This document shows, in pieces, positions 1 to 10,274 of a DNA stretch of 64,000 nucleotides. The stretch's first letter is position 1; each line of letters starts with the position of its first letter. The DNA comes from Candidatus Latescibacterota bacterium. GTDB lineage: Bacteria; Latescibacterota; UBA2968. Under the pieces are notes generated by a model, which was given only the letters and a program-made list of their open reading frames with translations, was not told where the DNA came from and searched no databases. The position numbers and the translations under genes were made by a program. The stretch lies in NCBI GenBank assembly GCA_965198115.1, contig OZ240241.1, forward strand, positions 1,312,001 to 1,376,000, written 5' to 3'.

Positions 1-16
1 TAAGTCTGTCCTCTGG

Positions 17-1429
17 TCAGAGCGCCATTCGCATCTCGTAGGACAGGCGTTTGCTCTCGACTTCCTTCGTGATGGTGAAGCCGATCGACTCGTAGAGTGC
101 GATTGCGCGTTCGTTGTCGGTGTTGACCGACAGCCGCAAACCAGGCTTCCTCAGATTCCGTGTCGTGGCCACGCAGGTTTCCATCAAGATTCGTCCGACG
201 CCCTTGTCCTGCCACGCGTCGGCGACGCAGATGCCGAGTGTCGGGATCTCAGATTTGATGCTCTGCAGCCAGACATATCCCGCCACTTCTTCGCCGACCC
301 ACAGGAGGTGGCATCTTATGCTCGTATCCTCCGCGACCTGTCGACCCGATTCGGCTGTCAGCGGGTATGGATAGAAGTAAAGGGCCGTTTGCTCCGAACA
401 GGATTCGAGCATTCGTCCGAGGGCTCCGCCATCGGACGTCCGCTTTAGCCGGACCTCCCCGACCGTGCCATCCTTGAGCTCCACCCTTATCCGTTCACTG
501 GCATAGGCCTCGGCGACCAGCTCGATGTTCCGCAGTCCGTCCAAGCCGCTCGCGAGCGGCTCGCCTCCCTCTTCCACGCAGACCACGAACTGATCGAGCA
601 ATCCGCTGAAGTAGTCGGGGAAAACCACATCTTCCTCCTCTTCCCCAGCCTCCGTCACGATTCGTAAAGTCGATCCGAGAAAGATCGACCCCTTCGTTCC
701 GTAAATCTCCAGCACGTTGCCGTTATGAGGCACCACGATGGTGGCAGTAATCGTGCCGTGACCGCCGTTTTCGAACGCCGTGAGTGTGTGTGATGTTTCC
801 TCGACCTCGATGTTCAGAACGGGGCTGCCCCCGCGATTGACGATCTCGGTGATCTCCCCGAATAGGAAACGGAATAGGTCGAGATAGTGCGTTCCGATGT
901 CGACCAGAACGCCTCCGCCGCTCAGGGACACATCCCGACGCCACGACCCGTCTTCCCACGGTATCCATTTGGCCAGATGGGCCCGCACGGAGACGAACTG
1001 ACCGATCGTGCCATCGCTGACCATCGTCTTCAGTCGTTGATAGATCGGCCATCCTCGAAGCACAAAGCAGACCTGCAGATGAACCTTCGCCTGCTCGCAC
1101 GCCTTGATGATCTGCCGGCACTCGTTCGGCGTCAGGGCCATCGGCTTCTCGCACAACACGTGTTTGCCCGATTCGGCCACCGCAACGGCGTGCTCCGTGT
1201 GCAAACTGACGGGCGATGAGACGTAGATGGCGTCCAGCTCATCATCTGCCAGCAGGTCATCGACGGAAGCGTAGGCTCGCGGAATCTTCAGTTTCTCTGC
1301 CAGCGCCTCGGCACGCCCCTGGTCACGAACCATCAGAGCGCCAATCTCGCACGACGCCAACGACTGCATCGATGGGATGACCCGTCGTTGCGCGACGCTT
1401 CCTGCACCAAGGATGCCCCAGGTTAGCAC
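17..1429 (-). CDS. Gfo/Idh/MocA oxidoreductase fused to a C-terminal GNAT acetyltransferase
   Basis: N-terminal WGILGAG Rossmann motif, HVLCEKP, GGGVLVDIGTH. C-terminal ~150 aa has WQDKGVGRILM and LSVNTDNERAIALYESIGF (GNAT motifs). GTG start at 1429 after AGAGG. Confidence 0.85.
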   Translation of the reverse strand: MLTWGILGAGSVAQRRVIPSMQSLASCEIGALMVRDQGRAEALAEKLKIPRAYASVDDLLADDELDAIYVSSPVSLHTEHAVAVAESGKHVLCEKPMALTPNECRQIIKACEQAKVHLQVCFVLRGWPIYQRLKTMVSDGTIGQFVSVRAHLAKWIPWEDGSWRRDVSLSGGGVLVDIGTHYLDLFRFLFGEITEIVNRGGSPVLNIEVEETSHTLTAFENGGHGTITATIVVPHNGNVLEIYGTKGSIFLGSTLRIVTEAGEEEEDVVFPDYFSGLLDQFVVCVEEGGEPLASGLDGLRNIELVAEAYASERIRVELKDGTVGEVRLKRTSDGGALGRMLESCSEQTALYFYPYPLTAESGRQVAEDTSIRCHLLWVGEEVAGYVWLQSIKSEIPTLGICVADAWQDKGVGRILMETCVATTRNLRKPGLRLSVNTDNERAIALYESIGFTITKEVESKRLSYEMRMAL

Positions 1430-1529
1430 GATAAACCTCTGTGCCCGAACGGGCGAGCCCACCTTCGCGAAAAGCGCTTCGGCGGGCAGGCACGAGAGCA
1501 GGCGTGGCAGTGGGTGTACATCTGTCGTC

Positions 1530-2823
1530 TTAATGCCTTTTTTCGAGTTCGATAACCGCGCGGGTTTCCATCGCCTTGTCCGCCGAGAAGCCGATCAGGT
1601 GGCCGGAAACGGAGTCTTCGATGCGGGTGCAAGCGAGAGATGGGCTTCCCCCACTGACCAGGTCCACGAAATCCGCGACGAGGCGTTCGTCACCGCCGCC
1701 GTGCCCCCCGAACGCCCCGTGCAGGTCACCTTCGGCGTGGAGGTCCACGACTTCCTCGGAGTACTCGTGACCGGGCCGGGGATCGATGTGTCGTATTACG
1801 AAACGTCCGTCGTCGAACACGCCCTGGATCTCTCCCTCCGTTCCGATCAGATGGATCGCCCTCGAAGGACGGGCGGTTCCTCCCACAAGGTTATGTGTCG
1901 CCGTAGCGCCGTCTTCGAATTCGATTGCGACCGATTGATGGTCCACGACGTCGTTGTCGCATTTCCACACGCATCGACCGTATGCGTTGTCCCCTTCGAG
2001 GGAAGCGACCTTGTCCTCGATGGTCGGCGCGGCAATGTGCTCCAGTGTATCCCACACGTAGAACGACCATCGATCCGGATGATCGATGTAGTGCTTCCGG
2101 GCGGAGTAGAGACAGTCCGGCTCGATCTCGCAATCGACGAGACAGCGCGATCCCGCGCCTTCCGGCGCTCTCTCCTCTCTGAAGTAAGTGTTGGTGCCGA
2201 AGCTGCTGACCGCGACCGGTGAGACACCGGCCTTCATCCACGCGATCAGGTCGAGATCGTGACAGCACTTGGCCATCAGCATCGACGAGTGACAGCGCTC
2301 GCGGTTGTTCCACTTACCCCGAACGAACCCAAACCGCCATATGGTGATAGCTCACGTGCTCGATCGTCTGCACGTTGATCACCTGGCCGATTTCGCCGGC
2401 AACGACCCTTTCCTTGATGGCGAAGTAGAACGGCGCGTATCGCAGAACGTGACAAATCATCACCTTCCGATCGAGTCGAACCGCCGCCTCGGTCAACTGC
2501 CACATTTCGTCCTCATCCGTGGCGAAAGGCTTCTCCAACAGCACGTCGTAACCGGCTTCGAGCAGCGGCAGAGTGGTCGTAACGTGCTGATGATCCATCG
2601 TCCCGTTGATCGCGCAATCGGCGAACTTCGGCTCGCCTGCGAGTTGCTCGGACGACCTATAGCATCGATCGAGCGGGATTTCGAAACGTTCCGACGTCTG
2701 CTTTCGACGAAGGTCGATCGGATCCGCCATTCCCACGATCCGTAGCTTGTCTGGATGCGTCTCCGCGAAGGATGCGTAGGTCAGCGCACGGTGGCCGGCG
2801 CCAATGATGACAGCGGTCAGCAC
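1530..2823 (-). pseudogene. Gfo/Idh/MocA oxidoreductase split by a +1 frameshift (may be a sequencing error)
   Basis: AVIIGAGHRA, DVLLEKP and KCCHDLD motifs. Removing one T at ~2331-2333 gives HHMAVGFVRGKWNN and joins ORFs 2314..2823 and 1530..2282. Confidence 0.85.
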
Positions 2824-2824
2824 T

Positions 2825-3826
2825 CTAAACCCTGAACGGGAGGAAGGGTGGGCGGGTGAGCGGGAGATGGGTCCTAAGAACGCAGAGCAGGCGAGCAGAC
2901 GAGCAGGCGTGACAGCGGTTCGACGACCAGACCCTACGTTCCGGAAAAGAGGCTGTTGATTCGTGTGCATCCGGGTTCTTTTGGGGTTGTTCTTTCGGGT
3001 ATAGATCCAAAGCGTTGAACCAGCTGATGAACTTCGGGAACATCTCCTCGGGGTCGGGCAATTCACGGTGCCAGCGCTTTTCCCACTCGAACGTCACGTA
3101 GCCGTCGAACGATCGATCCTTCATCAACGAAAGAGCTTCCTCGAGAGGCAGCTGGCCGGTACCGGGCTCGACGTAACGCCATCCGTCCTTCATCGCTTCC
3201 GGGTGCGATGTGTCGTGGATCGCGTCCTTGACGTGAATGTAGTAGACCCGGTGATCGAACGCCGCAAGAGACGCCTCCGGATCCTCGCCTCCCACTCGGG
3301 CGGTATGCCCGACGTCCCACAGGATGCCAAAGGCCTCGTCAGGAACACGATCGAGCAGCAGCCTGCACTCTTCGGACGAGATCCACAGATCGTGCGTTTC
3401 CAGCACCCACCGAAACGCATTCGCTCCGTCGAGGGCCAGGACCTGATCCATCATCGACTGACCGATGTCGGCCATCTCTGCCTTCGTCTTTCCTTCGGCG
3501 ATGCCGCCCCCGAACACACGCAGGAGTGGAACGTCGAGTTCACCCGCGATCGGGATCGTCCGCTTGGCCTCTTCCAGATTCGAATCGACGCGCGTCTCGT
3601 CGCAAATCCTGAGACTCGTACTGATCCCGCAGACCGCCAGATTGGCATCGGCGAACCTTCTCTTTGTCTCGGCGATGCCCGTCGTAAACGGCCTCAGGTG
3701 TGTCACATCAATCTCTTCCTGCAGACCCCGAAAGTCGACCCCACTGAATCCGTAAGCGGACCCGTTCTGTATCACGGTATCCAGATCCCAGTCGGGGCAG
3801 CCCAGCGTGGTAAAGGATGGCTTCAC
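2825..3826 (-). CDS. Sugar phosphate isomerase/epimerase (xylose-isomerase-like TIM barrel)
   Basis: SFTTLGCPDW start, ETHD, WDVGH, HVKD and FEWEKRWH motifs. The natural end is probably near 3000, and the last ~58 aa look like read-through into intergenic DNA. Confidence 0.8.
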   Translation of the reverse strand: MKPSFTTLGCPDWDLDTVIQNGSAYGFSGVDFRGLQEEIDVTHLRPFTTGIAETKRRFADANLAVCGISTSLRICDETRVDSNLEEAKRTIPIAGELDVPLLRVFGGGIAEGKTKAEMADIGQSMMDQVLALDGANAFRWVLETHDLWISSEECRLLLDRVPDEAFGILWDVGHTARVGGEDPEASLAAFDHRVYYIHVKDAIHDTSHPEAMKDGWRYVEPGTGQLPLEEALSLMKDRSFDGYVTFEWEKRWHRELPDPEEMFPKFISWFNALDLYPKEQPQKNPDAHESTASFPERRVWSSNRCHACSSARLLCVLRTHLPLTRPPFLPFRV

Positions 3827-3950
3827 GATCTCCTCAGATAGACACTCACTTCAACCATACGCCTCGTGCACAGTGCGCCGTCGGGTTCTCTTCCCAAGCT
3901 GTGTTCCTGCGACGGCGGCGCGGCCCCCCCCCCCTCGGCCTCGTCAGCAG

Positions 3951-4026
3951 ACCCGGGGCTGACCCGCCTTCGCCAGGCTTCGGCGGGCAAACGCCCCGGG
4001 CTATTTTCGGACGCCCCTCCGGGGCT
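3951..4026. repeat. REP-like palindromic element with a second palindrome nested inside
   Basis: CCCGGGGCTGA...CGCCCCGGG stem interrupted by CCCGCCTTCGCCAGGCTTCGGCGGG. The inner unit recurs in variant form at 1457-1487. Confidence 0.55.
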
Positions 4027-4082
4027 CACACCTTTCATACCTGTTCTACTTACTCTGGCTTCTGGCAAGCGAACGATTCGGT

Positions 4083-5747
4083 CTATGATTCGTCGTCCTT
4101 GCCCCCAGTCACAACGCCGTACTCGCGCTCGGCCGCTTCCACCGAAACACGTCCTTGCCGAACATCTTCCTGGACGGCTTCGCGATTTCGCTCGGACGGT
4201 TTCCCGTGGCCCGCACCGCCGGGCAGACGCAACGTGACCGTTTGACCGGGTTGGAGATCGTATGTGCTCTTGGGTGATAGTCTCGTGCCGTCCGACAGAA
4301 ACAGTTCGCCGGCCATCCCGTCCGCGCCCCCCGCGAAGCCTCGCGGGGCTCTACGCGTTCGATCGTACATGCAGGAATGCTGGGCCGGTCGACCCGAGTC
4401 GACCGTCAAAACCATCTGCTGGCTCAACCCACCGCGGTATTTGCCAGCGCCCCCCGAATCACGGATCAGTTCCCGTCGTAACATCCTCACAGGGGACACG
4501 GATTCGATCGCCTCGGCCGGGACACCTCGGATCCCACTCGGGAAAGCCGTGGCCGACAGACCGTCTGCGGTCGGGCGCGCTCCCATCCCTCCGGCGGAAA
4601 AGAAGATGTAGGCGAACCGCTCTCCGCGGAGGTCGACCCCCTCGAGCTGTGTGTTCCAGAGGCCGGCTGATCCGTCCGCAATCACCCTGTCGGGAATGGC
4701 CTTACTCAACGCTCCGAAAACCGCTTGGGACAGAAAATGTCCCACGAGGTGTCGCGCTCCGACCGCGCAGGGGAATTGTGCGTTGAGGATACAACCTTCG
4801 GGAGCCGTCACCAGAACGGGACGAAAGCTTCCCTCGTTGTTCGGGATGGTTGGGCTGATCGCGCATTTCAGCGGATACGTCGTGTAGGCGTGGGTGTAAT
4901 TGTAGACGACGTTGATTCCCCATCCCACCTGCGCCGAACTGCCTTCGTAATCCACGTGCAGATCGCGATCACCGATCTCGATCGACGCCCTGATCACGAG
5001 CGGCTCGTCGAAGCCGTCGATCTCGACCTCATCCTCGTAACGACCGTTCGGCACGGCCTCGATCGCCTCCCGGGTCGTCGACTCGGAACGATCGAGAATC
5101 GCCACGGCCAGATCTTCGATGTCCTCGAGGTCGTACTCGTCCATCATCACGATCAGCTTCTCGGCTCCGACATCGTTTCCGGCTTGCTGTGCATAGAGAT
5201 CGCCGACGACTTGATCCGGCTCCCTCACGTTCGCACGAAGGATGGCGATCAGATCCTCGTTGATCTGTCCCTCGCGGAAGAGATGCATGATGGGCACGTT
5301 GACGCCTTCTTCGAACACCTGCCGGGCTCCGGCCCCGAGCGTACGGCCGCCGATGTCCATCGCGTGACACGTATTCGCAAACCAGCCGATTCCCTTACCA
5401 CGGTAGAAGACAGGTGTGACGACCGTAATGTCGTGCAAGTGTCCTGAACCGAGCCAGGGATCGTTCGTCAGCAGGCTGGCACCAGGCTTCAGCGTGTCGA
5501 CCGGATGCTTCTTCACAAAATGCGCCACACACGTCGCCATCGTGTTGATGTGCCCAGGTGTACCCGTGACCGCCTGCGCAAGCATCCTCCCCTGCCGGTC
5601 GAACACACCGGCCGAAAGGTCGCCGGCTTCTCTCACGACGGTCGTGAAGGAAGCGTGCATCAGTGCTGCGGCTTGCTCGTTCACGATCGAGATCAGGCGG
5701 CTCCAGAGAACTTCTAAAAGCACGCCCTCGTAGCTGCGCTCAGGCAT
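4083..5747 (-). CDS. Hydantoinase B / 5-oxoprolinase family subunit
   Basis: REAGDLSAGVFD, NDPWLGSGHLHD, DSGGAGKYRGG and LPGGAGHGKP motifs. Confidence 0.93.
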   Translation of the reverse strand: MPERSYEGVLLEVLWSRLISIVNEQAAALMHASFTTVVREAGDLSAGVFDRQGRMLAQAVTGTPGHINTMATCVAHFVKKHPVDTLKPGASLLTNDPWLGSGHLHDITVVTPVFYRGKGIGWFANTCHAMDIGGRTLGAGARQVFEEGVNVPIMHLFREGQINEDLIAILRANVREPDQVVGDLYAQQAGNDVGAEKLIVMMDEYDLEDIEDLAVAILDRSESTTREAIEAVPNGRYEDEVEIDGFDEPLVIRASIEIGDRDLHVDYEGSSAQVGWGINVVYNYTHAYTTYPLKCAISPTIPNNEGSFRPVLVTAPEGCILNAQFPCAVGARHLVGHFLSQAVFGALSKAIPDRVIADGSAGLWNTQLEGVDLRGERFAYIFFSAGGMGARPTADGLSATAFPSGIRGVPAEAIESVSPVRMLRRELIRDSGGAGKYRGGLSQQMVLTVDSGRPAQHSCMYDRTRRAPRGFAGGADGMAGELFLSDGTRLSPKSTYDLQPGQTVTLRLPGGAGHGKPSERNREAVQEDVRQGRVSVEAAEREYGVVTGGKDDES

Positions 5748-7827
5748 CCGATGCTCCTTCGTGGGTCAATACCAACGCACCACAGTCTTGGACGACAAAG
5801 CGCCAATCGGGTGGAACGACCGTCGTCGATTCGGCTTCCTCGAGGATGGTGGGACCTGACGAATGAAATCCACTTTCCAGTGCGTATCGTGAGAACACGG
5901 GCGTGGTGATGGGTGTCTCGTAACCGTCGAATAGAACGTCTCGCGCGCCCCTTTTCGGGTCTTCTGACTCGGCTGAGACGTTCACGGGAGGAGCTTCGGG
6001 CTTGGGACCCGAAACCGTCACACGCCAGTGTACCGTCTCGACGGGCACACCGTCGCATATTCGACCGAAAGCCCTTCGATAGGCGTCGTCGAACGCGCGC
6101 TGGATGACGCAAACAGACGAATCCTCGAGGGTTCCCTCGGGGATCGGTACGCTGATCTCGTGACCCTGTCCGACGTAGCGCATATCAGCGCTGCGTGTGA
6201 CTCGGATCTCCCTGCTGGCGACGCCTCCTGCCGTAACCACAGCGTGGCCATCTGACTCCATTTCGGTGTAGAGCTCGTTGACCATCGCCACATCGATCCC
6301 CTCGAGTCGTCCGACCTGGCTTCTCGCGAAATCGAAGGAAACCGGGGCCAGGAGCAGTCCGTAAGCCGACCCGACACCCGCGACAGGAGGAACGACGACC
6401 TCCGTCAGTCCAAGCAACCGGGCGACGCCGGTCGCGTGGACAGGGCCGGCGCCCCCCGTGGCCACGAGCGCATAGGGTCTGACATCGACGCCGCGTTCGG
6501 CCGCGTGAACACGAGCGGCGTTGGCCATGTTCTCATTCACGAGACGATGGATTCCACGGGCGGCCGTGAGGACGTCGCCACCGAACGCATCGGCGATCGA
6601 AGCGATCGCCCCCCTGGCCTGTTCTTCGTCGAGGGCCATCTCCCCACCCAGGAAGTGGTCCGCGTTCAGGTATCCAAGAATGAGGTCGGCGTCGGTCACC
6701 GTCGGGTCGTGGCCACCGCTTCCGTAGCACGCAGGACCGGGCACGGATCCCGCGCTCTCGGGACCGACGGCCGGCAATCCCAGATCGTTGAGGTGGGCAA
6801 TACTCCCACCGCCTGCGCCGATCTCGATCATGTCCATCACCGGAACAAGCAGAGGCAGCCCGCTCCCGCGTTTGAATCGGTAGACGCGTGCGACTTCCGA
6901 TTCGGTCGTTACGGGAAAGACGCCCCCGTCGGACAGCATCGCCTTGGCGGTCGTTCCACCCATGTCGAAAGCCAGCACTCTCGAGTGTCCACACTGTCGC
7001 CCCCACTCGGCTGCGGCCAGCGCCCCTCCGCACGGCCCCGACTCCACTAGCCGTATCGGATGGCGACGCGCCGTCTCCGTCGAGCAACTTCCCCCGTTGG
7101 AAAGCATGATGTGGAGAGGCGAACTCAGACCCAGATCCCGCAACCCCGACGCGAGACGTTCCAAGTAGCGTTCCACCAGGGGCTGCACGTAGGCGTTCGC
7201 CACGGTTGTCGAAGTCCGCTCGTACTCTCGCAACTCAGGCGCGATGTCGTGCGAACAGGTCATCGGAACTTCCGGCCACGTCGCCTGAATCTGGTCGCGG
7301 ACACGACGCTCGTGCTCGGAGTTGGCGTAGGCGTGGAGCAGACAGACAGCGAGGGCTTCAACCCCTTCCTCACGCAAACGAACGATGGCCTTCGTTACAT
7401 CCGCTTCGTCGAGCGGGATTCGGATCGAACCGTCCGGATTGATCCGCTCGACCACTTGCATCCGATGCCGACGCTCGACGAGGGGCTCGGGCAACTCCAA
7501 CCAGAGATCGTAGATGTCGTATCGACCCTCGCGTCCGATCTCGAGCGCGTCACGGAAGCCGTCGGTAGTGATCAGCCCCGTCTTGGCGCCCTTCCGCTCG
7601 ATAAGCGTGTTGGTCACGAGCGTCGTTCCGTGAAGCACACGGTCGACTCCCGCCGGATCGTGACCCGTCTCCGCCAGCACGCGCTGGGTCCCAGCGAGAA
7701 CTCCGTCGGAAGGATCCGGATAGGTCGTCAGCAGCTTGACGATCGACAGGTCACCGGTCGCGCGGCTCAGCAGCACCACGTCGGTAAAGGTGCCACCGAT
7801 GTCTATCCCTAATGCGAACGTAGACAA
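5740..7827 (-). CDS. Hydantoinase A / 5-oxoprolinase family subunit
   Basis: GIDIGGTFTD, HGTTLVTN, DMGGTTAK, GPESAGSVPGPACYG and PTVTDADL motifs. Overlaps the B-subunit start. Confidence 0.93.
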   Translation of the reverse strand: MSTFALGIDIGGTFTDVVLLSRATGDLSIVKLLTTYPDPSDGVLAGTQRVLAETGHDPAGVDRVLHGTTLVTNTLIERKGAKTGLITTDGFRDALEIGREGRYDIYDLWLELPEPLVERRHRMQVVERINPDGSIRIPLDEADVTKAIVRLREEGVEALAVCLLHAYANSEHERRVRDQIQATWPEVPMTCSHDIAPELREYERTSTTVANAYVQPLVERYLERLASGLRDLGLSSPLHIMLSNGGSCSTETARRHPIRLVESGPCGGALAAAEWGRQCGHSRVLAFDMGGTTAKAMLSDGGVFPVTTESEVARVYRFKRGSGLPLLVPVMDMIEIGAGGGSIAHLNDLGLPAVGPESAGSVPGPACYGSGGHDPTVTDADLILGYLNADHFLGGEMALDEEQARGAIASIADAFGGDVLTAARGIHRLVNENMANAARVHAAERGVDVRPYALVATGGAGPVHATGVARLLGLTEVVVPPVAGVGSAYGLLLAPVSFDFARSQVGRLEGIDVAMVNELYTEMESDGHAVVTAGGVASREIRVTRSADMRYVGQGHEISVPIPEGTLEDSSVCVIQRAFDDAYRRAFGRICDGVPVETVHWRVTVSGPKPEAPPVNVSAESEDPKRGARDVLFDGYETPITTPVFSRYALESGFHSSGPTILEEAESTTVVPPDWRFVVQDCGALVLTHEGASDA

Positions 7828-7983
7828 GAAACCTCCTGTATGATCAGACGCGACGTAGTATACTCTTCGGCCCCATCCAGATCAACGGAGCACCGCGCGA
7901 CGCGTTGACTTCGATCAGACCTCAGGCTATACTCTCCGCGTTCGAGAGCATCGGCCCATTCCTCCACGCAAGCAGCATCCTCC

Positions 7984-8621
7984 ATGAACTTCATCGATGC
8001 CGTCAACCAGGTGCTCAGCGGTCAGGACGCAGCCAATCCCGAGGATTATGTTCAGCTCCTCGGGCTACCGGGACGGTTGATCGGCACGGATATCGCCGTC
8101 CTCCAGGACGATCTCGCGGCGCACGGCAACACCATGGCCGAACAGATCTGCCGCCCCGTTCACCCTGCTGTCGCCTTCCTCGATTTCCTCGGCCTCGACA
8201 CGGTCGAGGACTTCTGTATTCTGAAAAAGACGTCCTTTCAAAACTTGCTGCAGGCCGCCGTCTACGACCGGCTGACGGGACTCTTTTCCAGGAACACCAT
8301 GGAGTCCCGACTCCACCAGGAATTCCAACGGGCTCGCCGCTATAGCCTGCCCCTGTCGTTGCTCTTCATCGATTGCGATGACTTCAAGAACATCAACGAC
8401 ACGCACGGCCACAGCGAAGGGATCGTGTGCTGTCTTTCATCGGTCGGTTTATCCTCGATCACTTGAGGGAGGTCGACTTCCCGGTACGATATGGCAGTGA
8501 AGAGTTCGTCGTAACTCTTCCGCACATGAACGGAGAGACGGCACTGTCCCTCGCACACCGACTCCACGACAGCATCACCGACGCGGAAAAGAGGGCCAAG
8601 TTGCTCAGCCCCGTTACGATC
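7984..8621 (+). pseudogene. GGDEF diguanylate cyclase, frameshifted and truncated by IS256
   Basis: DRLTGLFSR, IDCDDFKNINDTHGH, RYGSEEF. One G is missing at ~8418-8421 (EGDRVL). The sequence stops at PVTI where the IS256 end begins (8622). Confidence 0.85.
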
Positions 8622-8640
8622 GGTGAGGTCCCTATCCTAG

Positions 8641-10194
8641 GAGTCTGTCGGGTTACACCCGGAAGCTCGTTGAGATTAAGTCCAGCTGAGTCTGTCAGCG
8701 ACCGGTTACCTTCGTTTTTTCCTTGAGCCGAGTTCCTCTTCGGGATCAGGTAGCCAATGAGAGTCGATAGAGTTTCAGAAGGTTGTGTGTGAGACAGATC
8801 AGGTTCCATTCTCTGATGACTTTGTGGATTCGGCGGAATGAGAATCGGGTGAAGTTCCGAACGGATTTGATCTGTCCAAACACGGGTTCGATGATCTGTT
8901 TTCTTTTCCAGTAGGTGCAGCGACCTTTCTGTGTGAGAAGCTTTCTCGCCATTTTGTCTTTCGTCGTTGCGCCCTTGGGGATCCGTCCCCTGGGGCAGGT
9001 CGCGATGGGCGTTCCATGTTTTTGTTTTGTCGTCGCCACATAGAGGTCGACGCCATCTGATTGAACCTGATCGACCTGACTTTGGTTGAAGTATCCGGTG
9101 TCGGCAGTGAGGTGCTTGGGTGTCGTGCCGCCCATATTCGCTCTGATCTGGTTGACCATAGGTGTCATCTGGTTCTTGTCATCAGCTTCTTGGGTGACGT
9201 CGGCAGCAACGACAATCTGGGCCTTGTCATCCACAGCAGCTTGGCAGTTGTAGGCTTGAAGGAATTGGCCCCCTGAGACCATGATCCGTGAGTCGGGATC
9301 GGTGAAGTTCAGTTGTTCCTTGGAGTCGGGCTCTTTCGATGGAGGCTTGGGCTTACGTCCACGACCGCCGCGGCGCTCCCGGGCCTTTACCTTCTCTTCA
9401 TACGCTGCCTGCTTCTCAGGAAACTCAGCCTCCGCTTCGGCTTCGATCTCGGCTATTGCGTCGCGGATTACTTTGAGTCGAGTCTCCCGGTGCTGCAACT
9501 CCTCGGGCAACTCGTCGCCGCGGTTGTCCTTTCCGTAGAGTTCGTCTTCGGCCGCGTCAGTGGCTTCGGCCTCGGTCAAGAGTCTGCGCACTTCGGCCTC
9601 GATCTCGGCTTCTTTCTTCTTCATCCGGCCGTAGCTCATCGCTTTGTGTTTTGAGGCATTTGCTTTGACTTTCGTGCCATCCAACGCCACGTGTCCCAGC
9701 TTCACCAGACCTGCCTTCACGCAGAGACACAGCACTTGCCTGAACAGACCTGAGAGGGCATCCAGATGCCGTTGACGAAAGGTCGATATCGTGTCGTGAT
9801 CAGGATGCTGATCCAGGCTGAGCACACGGAAAGCAACCGAGTCATAGGTCGCACGCTCGATCTTGCGGGAACTCCTGATGCCTTCACAGTAACCATACAG
9901 CAGTAGGCTCACCATCATCCGGGGATCATACGGTGGCTGGCCACCTTGAGACCCATCGTAGGTCTCGTAGATCGCGGACAAATCAAGTTGTCCGACGATA
10001 TCCAGAATGAAGTAGGTCGGATGACCCTTGGGAAGCCAACTCCGGAGATCCGGAGGCAGCAACATCAACTGAGCCGGATTGTAGACACGAAACCGAGTAG
10101 AAGTGCTCAACGGAAACCTCCAATTCAGAGTCGGAACCTTGATCGCACTTCTACAATACGAAATCTTCCTCCGGCTGGGTACTCCGACAGGCTC
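8641..10194 (-). mobile_element. IS1182-family insertion sequence
   Basis: Terminal IRs GAGTCTGTCGG / CCGACAGGCTC, flanked by a CTAG direct repeat at 8637-8640 and 10195-10198. Confidence 0.9.
8746..10110 (-). CDS. IS1182-family DDE transposase
   Basis: GQPPYDPRMM, SSRKIE, PDHDTISTFR, LDGTKVKANAS, TDPDSRIM, ADTGY and RKQIIEPVFGQIK motifs. Confidence 0.93.
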   Translation of the reverse strand: MSTSTRFRVYNPAQLMLLPPDLRSWLPKGHPTYFILDIVGQLDLSAIYETYDGSQGGQPPYDPRMMVSLLLYGYCEGIRSSRKIERATYDSVAFRVLSLDQHPDHDTISTFRQRHLDALSGLFRQVLCLCVKAGLVKLGHVALDGTKVKANASKHKAMSYGRMKKKEAEIEAEVRRLLTEAEATDAAEDELYGKDNRGDELPEELQHRETRLKVIRDAIAEIEAEAEAEFPEKQAAYEEKVKARERRGGRGRKPKPPSKEPDSKEQLNFTDPDSRIMVSGGQFLQAYNCQAAVDDKAQIVVAADVTQEADDKNQMTPMVNQIRANMGGTTPKHLTADTGYFNQSQVDQVQSDGVDLYVATTKQKHGTPIATCPRGRIPKGATTKDKMARKLLTQKGRCTYWKRKQIIEPVFGQIKSVRNFTRFSFRRIHKVIREWNLICLTHNLLKLYRLSLAT

Positions 10195-10274
10195 CTAGTT
10201 GAAACTTAAAGGGCTCCAAACTTACGTTGTGGGTACGCGTGTGAGAGCGTGTACCCGTAAGAAAGGAGCCCACG

